From an uncultured Spirochaetota bacterium (GTDB lineage Bacteria > Spirochaetota > Spirochaetia > SZUA-6 > Fen-1364), in contig CAVUXE010000015.1 of the NCBI GenBank assembly GCA_963745235.1, positions 196,473-260,472 of the forward strand: a stretch of 64,000 nt of DNA. Reading direction: 5' to 3'. Below, one piece after another: positions 54,853-64,000 of this stretch; position 1 is the first letter of the stretch, and every line of letters begins with the position of its first letter. The position numbers and the translations under genes are program-made. The notes beneath the pieces are model-generated. The model ran no database searches, was not told the origin of the DNA, and saw only the letters and a program-made list of their open reading frames with translations.

Positions 54853-56609
54853 CCTCCTATGGATCGATACATCTCCTCGATGGCCTGCGCATACTTCTGC
54901 TCAACCGCAAACCGGCGGATCTTCAGCGTCGGGGTGAGCTCTCCGGTCTCCACGCCGGCCGGATGATCCAGGATGGCGAAGCGCTCCACCCGCTCCGTGT
55001 GGTGGAGGTGCGCGTTGATGCCGTTGATCTTCTCCTGCGTGAACGCGCGCAGGAAGTCGCTCTTCAGGAGGTCGGCGTCGGAAAGGTTCGCCAGCCCGAC
55101 GCTCCCCTTGAAGGTCGCCAGCTTCTGGGGATCCGGGAACAGCAGGGCAACCACGCAGGTGCGGCCGTCCGCCACGATCATTGCCGAGTCCACGTACGGG
55201 ATGCCTCCGAGTGCTTCCTCGATGGGTCCCGGCGGGACGTATTCGCCGGTGGATTTCTTGAACATCTCCTTCTTCCTGCCGGTGACGGTGAGAAATCCGT
55301 CCTGATCCAGGCTCCCCAGGTCTCCCGTATGGAGCCATCCGTCCGCGTCCAGGACGGCGGCCGTGGCCTGCGCGCTGTTGTGGTATCCCCGCATGACGTT
55401 CGGTCCCCTGGCCAGGATCTCCCCGTCCGCCGCGATCCTGATCTCCACGCCAGGGAGTGCAGGTCCCACCGTGCCCACCCTGCGTCTCCGCGCCACATTG
55501 ACCGAGATCACCGGCGACGCTTCCGTGAGCCCGTATCCTTCGTACACCGGAACGCCGACGTTGATGAGAAACGCGGCAACATCCACCGGCAGGCGAGCCG
55601 CGCCGGAGATCACCCGGCGCAGGCGACCGCCCAGGGCCTGGCGCATGCGCTCGTACACCGCCGCGTCGAAGAAGCGGTCCAGCGGGCCGCCTGCCGTCGC
55701 GACGTCCTTCCTCATGGCCCGGGCGACAGCGGCGCGCGCGATCAATCCCCTGACGCCCGGCGTCTCCCGCGCCGCCTGGCGGAACCCCGCGGCAACTTTT
55801 TCTAGTATCCTCGGGACCACCGCGATGACCGTGGGGCGCACCTCCTTCATGCGTTCCACCAGGCGCTTGGGATCGTCAACGAAGTAGACGGGAGCTCCCT
55901 GGGACGCGTAGAAGTACAGCAGCATCCGCTCGAAGATGTGCTCCGGGGGAAGCACGGACAGGCAGACATCGGATTCCTGGCGGTCGAACACCAACGCCGA
56001 GGCGTGGACCTGGGAGACGATGTTCTCCTGCGTGAGCTCCACGCCCTTGGGGAGTCCCGTGCTGCCGCTCGTGTAGATGATGGTTGCAAGATCGGAAGGG
56101 GACACCCTGCGGCAGAGAGATTCGAAGAGACCTGGTTCGCGAAGGGACCTCTCCTGCCCTCGTGCCAGCAGGCTCTCGAAGAGCTCGTGCCTGCCCGAAT
56201 ACCAGAAGGTCACCAGGGTAGCCTTGTCCCGAGCGTGCTCGAATGCCATCGGCATTTCGTCCGGGTTGCCCACAAAGAGGTAGCGCATCCCTGAATCTCG
56301 CACCTCGTGCGAAAAGCTCTCCGCCGATATCCGCTTGAACAGGGGAACCGTTACGGCACCCGCGCACTGGATGGCAAGGTCCACCGCAACCCACAGCGGA
56401 GACGAGGGGGCAATCAGGCCCACTCTGTCCCCCGGCCTGACCCCTTCCTCCACGAGACCCAGAGACAGGTGCTCGACTGTCCTGCGAAGGTCCCCATGGG
56501 AAAGCGGTATCCATTGACCGCCGCTGGGGAAGTTGAAAGCGTTTGTGAGGGAATAGCATGACGTTTCGCGAAGGAAGAGAGCGGGAATCGTGAGATCTCC
56601 ATTTTCCAT
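54843..56609 (-). CDS. fadD: Long-chain fatty acid-CoA ligase
   Basis: YTSGSTGLPKG, GYGLTE, TGDLG and ELTPTLK. Confidence 0.92.
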   Translation of the reverse strand: MENGDLTIPALFLRETSCYSLTNAFNFPSGGQWIPLSHGDLRRTVEHLSLGLVEEGVRPGDRVGLIAPSSPLWVAVDLAIQCAGAVTVPLFKRISAESFSHEVRDSGMRYLFVGNPDEMPMAFEHARDKATLVTFWYSGRHELFESLLARGQERSLREPGLFESLCRRVSPSDLATIIYTSGSTGLPKGVELTQENIVSQVHASALVFDRQESDVCLSVLPPEHIFERMLLYFYASQGAPVYFVDDPKRLVERMKEVRPTVIAVVPRILEKVAAGFRQAARETPGVRGLIARAAVARAMRKDVATAGGPLDRFFDAAVYERMRQALGGRLRRVISGAARLPVDVAAFLINVGVPVYEGYGLTEASPVISVNVARRRRVGTVGPALPGVEIRIAADGEILARGPNVMRGYHNSAQATAAVLDADGWLHTGDLGSLDQDGFLTVTGRKKEMFKKSTGEYVPPGPIEEALGGIPYVDSAMIVADGRTCVVALLFPDPQKLATFKGSVGLANLSDADLLKSDFLRAFTQEKINGINAHLHHTERVERFAILDHPAGVETGELTPTLKIRRFAVEQKYAQAIEEMYRSIGGWK

Positions 56610-56716
56610 TCGGGCGCCTTTCCTGTATGCTAAAGATACTCAAAGCGGGGCGCAAAGGCGCCTCACATCAAACGCTGCCCCTTGCACCGGGACCGCGAGG
56701 GGGCTACATTACAGAC

Positions 56717-58171
56717 GTGAGCATCAGGCTAAAAATTATCCTTATAGTTGTGCCCCTGATCATCGCCACCCTGGCACTCACCGCCCTCTCCTCCTTCTTT
56801 TCCGCCACGAACGCCATCACCAGCATCGCCAAGGACTTCCTCGGATTCAAGGCGGACGAGCTTTCCAACCAGGCGCAGAGCCAGTGGGGCCTCCTCGTGA
56901 CGAACAATCTCTCGGACAAGCCGGAGATGGTTTCCGCCACGCAGTCCGCAGTCCAGGGCTACGCCCTGAGCATCATCCGCAGCCCAACGGAGCTGATCCT
57001 GGCCTTCGACAAGGCGGGCAACGTGGTGATGAGCACGGCGGACGTCACCGTCCAGCCGGGGGAAAAGCCCGCCTTGCTCGGCTTGATCACCACGAAGAGC
57101 ACGGAGCTGACCACGGTCCGCCTGGGCGGAAAGGACAGGGTCGCCAAGGGCTTCTGGTTCGACCCCTTCGGCTGGTACGTGATGGTCACGGAAGAGCGCG
57201 GCACTTTCTACAACAGGGTCAACGACATCACGCGCCGCAGCGCAATCATCCTGGGAGCCGCAATCCTCCTGGCCGTTGCGCTCATGCTTCTGTTCGCGCG
57301 CTACCTTACGCGCCCGCTGACAAGGGTTGCAGGGACCATGAAAGAAATCATCGCCACGAACGATCTTTCCCAGCGGGTGGTGGTCGAATACCGCGACGAA
57401 ATCGGCGGCCTTGCGCAGACGTTCAACCTCATGGTCGGTGAGCTGGAGAAGGCATACGGGCAGATCAAGAACTACGCCTACAAGGCGGTTGTTGCCCGAA
57501 AGCAGGAGCAGAAGATCAGGAACATCTTCCAGAAATACGTTCCCAAGCACGTCATTGACGAGATCTTCGAGAACCCGGACTCGGTGCTGGTGGGGAAAAA
57601 CGCCAACCTCTCCATCCTTTTCTCCGATGTCCGGGGCTTCACCACCATTTCCGAAAAGCTGCGCCCGCGAGAGCTGGTGGAGAACCTCAACAGGTACTTC
57701 GACGTGATGGTGAACGTCATCTTGGGGAAGGACGGGATCATTGACAAGTACGAGGGGGACGCGATCATGGCCTTTTTCGGGGCCCCCGTGGAAGACGAGA
57801 AAGTCGGTTTGCGATCCGTCACCGCCGGCCTGGAGATGCTGGACGGCCTGGCGGAGTTCAATAAGAAACAGAAGGCGAGCGACAACCCGGAGTTCCAGAT
57901 CGGCATCGGGATCAACTTCGGAGAAGTCATCCTTGGGAACATGGGGACGGACAAGAAGATGGATTACACGGTGATGGGCGACAATGTGAACCTCGCCTCC
58001 CGGCTGGAAGGGTTGACGAAACAGTACAAGCAGACGCTCATCATTTCGGAGAGCCTGAAGGAAAAGGTGGATGGAGTCCTGCCCTGCAGGATGCTCGACA
58101 TGGTTGCCGTCAAAGGCAAGACGCAGGGGGTCAGCTCTCGGAATGTGGCCCCACCTTATCCGCCCAATTGA
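56717..58171 (+). CDS. Membrane class III adenylate cyclase (2 TM + HAMP), 3'-truncated at the junction near 58135
   Basis: FSDVRGFT, DKYEGDAIMA and DYTVMGDNVNLASRLE; similarity stops abruptly after VKGKTQGV. Confidence 0.88.
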   Translation: MSIRLKIILIVVPLIIATLALTALSSFFSATNAITSIAKDFLGFKADELSNQAQSQWGLLVTNNLSDKPEMVSATQSAVQGYALSIIRSPTELILAFDKAGNVVMSTADVTVQPGEKPALLGLITTKSTELTTVRLGGKDRVAKGFWFDPFGWYVMVTEERGTFYNRVNDITRRSAIILGAAILLAVALMLLFARYLTRPLTRVAGTMKEIIATNDLSQRVVVEYRDEIGGLAQTFNLMVGELEKAYGQIKNYAYKAVVARKQEQKIRNIFQKYVPKHVIDEIFENPDSVLVGKNANLSILFSDVRGFTTISEKLRPRELVENLNRYFDVMVNVILGKDGIIDKYEGDAIMAFFGAPVEDEKVGLRSVTAGLEMLDGLAEFNKKQKASDNPEFQIGIGINFGEVILGNMGTDKKMDYTVMGDNVNLASRLEGLTKQYKQTLIISESLKEKVDGVLPCRMLDMVAVKGKTQGVSSRNVAPPYPPN

Positions 58172-58748
58172 GACAAATCAAGATTAAAATACCCACTTAT
58201 CCTCAAGAAGGGTGATTGCTTGTCTACACGCCCAATCCGCCCCCCTCGCGCGCTCCCTCCAGGAGTGCCGCTTTTTGCAGCATAAGCGTGGGCCCGACTG
58301 CCTCCCATGTGCACGGCCCTTGCACCATGCAGGAAATGCCAATCTCAGCCCGTCTTTGCCCTGCACCCCCAAACCATCTCGTGTGGCAGGGACGCCATTG
58401 CCATTCTGGCAGGCAGCACACCTTCCTGAAAATTCACTAAAACGACTATTAGCGCCATTCGCAATGACAAATTGACGCGCTCATTTTAGCCGGACTACGT
58501 CAACTCTTCGGTATGATCGCGTCAGACTGAACTTTCTGTACAAAGTCATCTATTTTCTTGTTTTTTTTGAACCCTTTAGCCCGAAAATCGCGTATATTGT
58601 TGAGAGGTATTGAGATTCAATCGCGTTTGGGGCAACTTTGGGGCACCGACTTCAATCATCGCCTATCGGAATCGCGAAAATGCTCCGCGTGCCAAAGCGC
58701 GTCCGCTGCCTCAAACGTAGACCTTGAGTGAGCATGGCTGGCGAAGGC

Positions 58749-60083
58749 ATGAGAATCCTTGTCGTCGACGACGAAAAGATCAAACGCATCACCCTGGCCG
58801 ACGATCTGGCCACGCAGGGGCACGAGGTGGTCGCCGCCGCCGACGGCGAGGAAGCCCTCGAAAAGCTCGCCGCCGGGCGGTTCGACGTGGTCGTGACCGA
58901 TCTGAAGATGCCCAAGCTCGACGGCATCGAGCTGCTGAAGCGGATCAAGCAGGGCCCGCTGGCCGACGATGGAAGTCATCATGATGACCGCCTACGGCAG
59001 CATTCCCGTGGCCGTCGAGGCGGTCAAGCTCGGGGCGTTCGACTTCCTCACCAAGCCCTTCCGCAACGAGGACATCTTTCCGCTGCTGGCGCGGATCGAG
59101 CGGCAGCGGCAGGCCGCCGCCGAGCCGCAGCCGCCGGCGCCCTTCTCGGCCGCCGACGTCGAGGCCGCGATCGTCGGCCGCTCGGCCGCCATGGACCGCG
59201 TCAAGCGGATGGTCGAAATCTGCGCCAAGACCGACGCCAACGTGCTGCTGTGCGGCGAGACGGGCGTGGGCAAGGACCTGCTGGCCACGACGATCCACCG
59301 CAACTCCCACCGCCACGGCTTCCCCTACGTCAAGGTCGGCTGCACGCTCTTCCCGCCGCAACTGATCGAAAGCGAACTCTACGGCCACGAAAAAGGCTCG
59401 TTCACCGGCGCCGACCAGCAGCGCAAGGGCCGCTTCGATCTGGCCGAAGGCGGCACGCTCTACCTCGACGACGTCGACGACATCCCCTTGGAGCAGCAGC
59501 CGAAGCTCTTGCGGGCGATCGAGGAAAAGGTGTTCGAGCGCGTCGGCGGCACCTCGCCGATCAAGGCCGACGTGCGGATCATCGCCTCGACCAAGCGGAA
59601 CCTGCTGGAGAAGATCGGCGAGGGCACGTTCCGCGAGGACCTCTACTACCGGCTCGACGTGCTGCGGATCAACATCCCGCCGCTGCGCGAACGGCTGGAC
59701 GACGTGCCGCTGCTGGCCGAGCACCTGCTGAAGCGCATCGCCGGCGACCGGCCCTGCCAGCATCGAGCCGGACGCGATCGAACTGCTCGCGCGTCACGAT
59801 TGGCCGGGCAACGTCCGCGAGCTGTACCACACGCTGGAGCGGGCGTACCTGATCGGCGGCGGCCACATCACGGCCGAGATTCTCGCCGGCGAGATCGGCG
59901 GGCCCGATCCCGAACCAGCGGCTGCCCGTCGGCGGTTTTCAGGCGGCCATCGACCATGCCGAGAAGCAGTTGCTGCAAGAGGCCTTGCGCAACTCCGGCG
60001 GCAACAAGACGGCCGCCGCCGCCGCCCTGGGCATGAAGCCCTCCACCTTCCGCGACAAGCTGGCCAAGCACGGGCTGGGATAG
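58749..60083 (+). CDS. Sigma54-dependent NtrC-family response regulator (frameshifts near 58965, 59760, 59910)
   Basis: Receiver domain, GETGVGK, ESELYGHEKGSFTGA, FREDLYYRL, WPGNVREL and Fis-type HTH. Confidence 0.87.
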
Positions 60084-60160
60084 CACGGGCAGAGCACGAG
60101 TTGACGAGGGGCTTCGGTTCGCAGAGAATAATGGTTTCGTGCCAGCTCAGAGGGCGAATG

Positions 60161-60463
60161 TCACGAGAATAGCCGTGCTCCTCGGCGGTATTCAAGGATC
60201 GCCAGCAGCAATGACACGAGTCCGAGGCTCACCAGCATGAACGCAAACTCGCGCGGTCCGATGAGGTAACTTTGTTGTCCGGCGGCCGGCGCTTCGATCT
60301 GAAAGAATTTGTAGATGCTGAAGCCGAAAGTAATTAGCGAAGTCGCGGTTCTGATCCACGACATCAATGTTTGTTCGTACGAAGCGCGCGTGCGCTCGAA
60401 AGCGAGTTGGGTCGAATCATCGAGCCCCGGCGCGCTTTGTGGAGGTTGCTCGGCCATTTGCAT
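60161..60463 (-). CDS. DUF202/YidH membrane protein (C-terminus possibly cut by a junction)
   Basis: LAFERT...LMSWIRT..SLITFGF. Confidence 0.8.
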   Translation of the reverse strand: MQMAEQPPQSAPGLDDSTQLAFERTRASYEQTLMSWIRTATSLITFGFSIYKFFQIEAPAAGQQSYLIGPREFAFMLVSLGLVSLLLAILEYRRGARLFS

Positions 60464-61187
60464 GAATTCCTTTGAGCCCCTGGTTGGTGCTCACGGCGAC
60501 GGTATCCACAGCGGCTTCCCCGGCATGGCGGGAGCGAAACTCCGCCAGCAAAATCTGCATGCTAACCAGCAGCATCCAGAGCGGGAAGACCAGCTCGATC
60601 CACTTCCAGTTCGCGATCACCAATAACAGTACCAAGGCGCAAGCGTAGCCGGCAAATGCAATCCACCGCGGGAAAATGGCGCTACGCAACCCGATGGTGC
60701 AGGTCGAGATCATGAAGACACCCGCCATCTTCATGGCGAACAAGTTCATGAGCGCGTCGATTGTGCGGCGGCCGAGATATAGGTTGCGCTATCAGGTGAA
60801 TGGAGATTGCCGGCGGCGGCAGCCTCAATCAGCGCCCCTGACATGGCCGCCGCAGCGAAAAGGCACGCCACAAACAGCAACCCGCTGCCGAGAAATACGG
60901 TCGCAAAGAATTTATCTTCAAGCTCTCCCAAGCGGTCGCGGAGCACGCCCATGAACCACAGAAATGCGATCCCGGCAAACGGAACCAGGTCCAGCGCAAG
61001 CCGTACCGCGTCCCGGCGGTCTGGATCGGTCAGCCAAACACCAGGCTGCGTCAGATCAGCCGGGACCGCGAGTTCGGGCGATTCCCATCCCAACGATCAT
61101 CAGCACCGAAAAAATCACGCCCGCGATGGCCGCGCCTCGCGGGGGCGCAAGGGTCTGCTGGCGAGAAGGCTTTAATGTGCTGGTCAC
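60417..61187 (-). CDS. Hypothetical integral membrane protein (frameshifted)
   Basis: Multiple TM segments (PFAGIAFLWFMGVLRDRLG..EDKFFATVFLGSGLLF) over several frames. Confidence 0.65.
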
Positions 61188-61496
61188 GGTATTTCGTTCT
61201 CGGCAATTTGGCCGCGATGGAATATTTTCATCATTGGCTGACCTTCCTCTGATTGTCTACGCGCTGGCATGCGCCTCACAGCGCGGCGGAATTGCGATTC
61301 TCGTGCCGCCATGGGTGGCGCACCGGCGATAGCGTCGAGCACATCCTTCCGATCGCGATAAATTCCTTTTGCCGGATATCGCTCAGCCGCCTCAATGAGC
61401 TTGCCGACATTCTCATCGGACACCGGCAACGTCGGACTCTGTGGCGACCGTGGATCCCGCACAAACCAAAAAACATAACAAAATCGGGTGGTTATG

Positions 61497-61856
61497 TGGT
61501 GGAGGCGGGGGGAATTGAACCCCCGTCCGAAGACCTTCCGGCGACGGCCACTACACGCTTAGTCCGCGAATTTTAGCTCGCCGCCCGGACCGCCCACGGA
61601 CGGGCTTTCCTGAAGCCAGCCGGTTTAAGTTTCGGGACGCCGCCCAGCCGGTGAACGGCGGTTCCCTAGCCCACTAAATGACGCCCCGACCCGCTGCCAT
61701 GGGCGAGCAGCGGCGGGACGCTAGCGGCCCTTAGGCCGCCAGAGCGTAACCGTTATTGTCTGCGGGTAAATTTCGCAGTCTGTTTGTTTTACGGGTCAAC
61801 AGCACCCCGGCGTGCGACCATGGCCATCTTGTCTCCGTCGAATCCAGTTCGCCCCC
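61497..61856 (-). ncRNA. ssrA: tmRNA (tag peptide ADNNGYALAA, 61731-61763)
   Basis: 5' GGGGGCGAACTGGATTCGAC; 3' GGTTCAATTCCCCCCGCCTCCACCA; 360 nt; internal tag ORF ending ALAA-stop; adjacent to smpB. Confidence 0.96.
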
Positions 61857-61992
61857 ACAGATCGTGGGTTTTCGATACGAGGCCAGTCGAAACGGTTACA
61901 TCAATGAATCTAAGGCTCCATCGCCGCGTTCGCAACCATGCTTTCGCGCCCCCCTTATCTGCGCCGCCGCCTGCGGATAAACTCGCCGTGCG

Positions 61993-62483
61993 ATGGCACG
62001 CGACACCCGCAATGGCAAACCATCCGGCGACGGAATCGATCTGGTCGCGGATAACCGCAAGGCGCGGCACGATTTCTTCATCGAGGAGACGCTCGAGGCC
62101 GGCCTTGCACTGACCGGCACCGAGGTCAAGTCGCTGCGGGCGCATCGCGCAAACCTGCGCGACAGTTACGCGCGGATAAAAAACGGCGAAGCGTTCCTCG
62201 AGGGCGTCCATATCGGCGCCTACGCTCCTGCCGGCCAATTCAGCCACAAGGAAACGCGCCCGCGCAAACTCCTGATGCATCGCCGCGAGATCGATCGCCT
62301 GTGGGGCCGCGTGCGCGAGCAGGGCTATTCGATCGTTCCGCTAAAAATCTACTTCAAAAACGGCCGCGCCAAGGTTGAAATCGGCCTGGCCAAGGGCAAG
62401 AAGCTTACGACAAGCGCGACGCGATCGCGCGCAAGACCTCCGGGCGCGAAATCGAGCGCGCGCTGAAAGGACGCAACCGCTAG
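61993..62483 (+). CDS. smpB: SsrA-binding protein (frameshift near 62405)
   Basis: NRKARHDF, EAGLALTGTEVKSLR, RKLLMHR, AKGKK, then DKR...REIER in the shifted frame. Confidence 0.93.
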
Positions 62484-62641
62484 CAGGGTGTTGAAAAACT
62501 GATATCGAAAGACAGTCGGGCCTTGAACCATTCAACACCCTGCATAAAAGATGGCCTCTTACCTACAACATCTCCCCCTTTGGGGGAGACAAGAGAGAGA
62601 GGGAGCAGGCGTTGAAAATTACTTTTTCAACAGCCTGCTAG
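62480..62641. mobile_element. MITE-like element (154 bp, 15-bp terminal inverted repeats, CTAG direct repeats)
   Basis: CTAG-cagggtgttgaaaaa ... tttttcaacagcctg-CTAG; IRs match 14/15; no transposase. Confidence 0.72.
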
Positions 62642-63595
62642 CCCGCAGCCGGGCTCGCCGGACCCAGCAATGCCTGCAGACGTGCGATGCGCCGGCCGAG
62701 CGGCGGATGAGTCGAAAAAGGTTGGCGAAAAATCCTTCGCCGTTTTCGCGCACGCCCTCGCGAGGGTTGACGATGAACAGATGCGCGGTGCCGGCGGGGC
62801 GTTGCTTCAGCGGCGACTCGGTTTCCGCGATGTGCTCGAGCGCGCGCAGCAGCGCCCGCGGATTGCGCGTGAACTCGACCGAAGACGCGTCGGCAAGGTA
62901 TTCGCGCTGGCGCGACACCGCCATCGCCAGCAGCTGCGAAAAGATCGGCGCCACCGCAGCCAGGACGATCACCGCGACCGGATCAGCACTGCCGCCTGTT
63001 GTCGCGATCGTAACTGCTGCCTGCCGCGCGCGCCGAATCCGCCCCCGACATCGAGCGGTAAACAAAATCCGCCAGCATCGCGATCCCCGCCACCAGCACC
63101 GCGATCATCATCATCGTGCGGATGTCGTAGTCGCGGCTACGTGCGCCATCTCGTGGCCCATCACGCCCTGCAATTCCTCGCGGTCCATCTTGTCGACCAG
63201 TCCCTGAGTGACGCACATCACCGAATGATCCGGATCGCGGCCGGTCGCGAACGCATCAGGCGACTGATCATCGATCAGGTACGCGCTTGGGCACCGGCAT
63301 CCGCGCCGCAGCGCCATCTCGTGCACCACGTCGAGCACCATCTGATGTTTGGGCGTGTCGGGATGAGCTCGCGCGCGTGCACCGAGAGCCAGTACCAGGG
63401 AGGCGCCACCATAGATGAGACAGCGACTGAATCCGGCGAAGATCAGCGCCATAATCGTCAGCACCGGGAAGCCAGCGAGCTGCCGTCGACGATCGCGAGG
63501 TCGCCACCGAAAGTCCAGGCCGAAGCCGAGCGCGCTGAATAGCGCAATGAAGACTACGACCAGCGCCGCAGTCTCGCGCCGGTTGGTCGCTCGAG
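62638..63595 (-). CDS. htpX: HtpX-like M48 zinc metalloprotease, 5'-partial and frameshifted
   Basis: PDAFATG, GHEMAHV (HExxH), SRQREYLAD and THPP...RI. Confidence 0.8.
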
Positions 63596-63601
63596 GTCCC
63601 T

Positions 63602-63985
63602 GATATTGGGGCAGCCGGTGTTTTAGGCGGTTTAACTGCAATTAACCAACAAGGTCAAGTAGAAGATTTACAATTAGCAGCTCAAGCTCAAGAAGCTCAA
63701 TTTGCTCGAGATTACGCTCAAGCACAAAATGCACAAGGGGTTGAGCAAAGAAATCTAACTAGACAAGCTGGATTAGAACAACAAAGATTAACAGGTGCGC
63801 AAGCTGCTGCAGCTTATGGACAACAACAAATAAATGCAGGTATTCAAGGAGTAGCTGAAACAGCTGGCAATGTATTAGCTCAGTCTTTTAAAAATCAACC
63901 TTTGTATGGAGGAGAGAAAGGAAATATTAAACCCCCAACACTTAGTGCGGGAAGTCAAGACTTAATTACTTTAACAATTATCTAG
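63602..63985 (+). CDS. 5'-partial Ala/Gln/Gly-rich ORF in AT-rich DNA, possibly a phage virion protein
   Basis: Open frame DIGAAGVLGGLTAINQQGQVEDLQLAAQAQEAQFARD... to TAG 63983-63985; A/T-rich third codon positions unlike the rest of the window. Confidence 0.5.
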   Translation, partial: DIGAAGVLGGLTAINQQGQVEDLQLAAQAQEAQFARDYAQAQNAQGVEQRNLTRQAGLEQQRLTGAQAAAAYGQQQINAGIQGVAETAGNVLAQSFKNQPLYGGEKGNIKPPTLSAGSQDLITLTII

Positions 63986-64000
63986 ACAAATGTATAATAG

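Noticed and set aside
58140-58740. Sigma54 promoter or protein-coding gene
   Set aside because: TGGCA candidates have GG-N8-GC rather than GG-N10-GC spacing; the short ORFs have no motif or codon support
61497-61530. tRNA gene
   Set aside because: This is the tRNA-like 3' domain of tmRNA
58135-64000. Genomic island or prophage inserted in the main chromosome
   Set aside because: It contains core genes (ssrA, smpB), has no integrase or att duplication, and truncates genes at its boundaries; concatenation is more parsimonious

Overview
This window is a composite. Bases 1 to ~58,135 are a GC-rich bacterial chromosomal segment, most likely a free-living Spirochaetia; this is inferred from a PilZN3/PlzA-like protein, a eukaryote-type hexokinase and DUF5939/HAMP class III cyclases. 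It carries cyclic-nucleotide signalling genes, an ALDH-SCP2-FeADH-SCP2 operon, a MoxR/DUF58/VWA/serine-protease operon, recQ, a NuoE/NuoF/NuoG-GltD (StnABC-like) electron-bifurcating complex, a suf operon followed by pdhABC and sodA, rpmB, a rhamnose/sugar cluster, arfB, a two-component system, mgtA with two nearby PTS-EIIA-domain genes, and a beta-oxidation cluster. After ~58,135 the sequence appears to switch source up to three times: an NtrC-type regulator; then a tmRNA/smpB/htpX segment containing a CTAG-flanked MITE; then an AT-rich, possibly phage-derived ORF fragment. About 17 otherwise intact genes carry small frameshifts, most consistent with long-read indel errors. No CRISPR array, rRNA or tRNA was found. 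The strongest candidates for undescribed biology are the mgtA + extended EIIA module, the shortened Stn-like complex, the lipid-carrier/alcohol-oxidation operon, the non-canonical rhamnose cluster and a recurrent leaderless-promoter signature. All family assignments come from motif recognition, not database searches.
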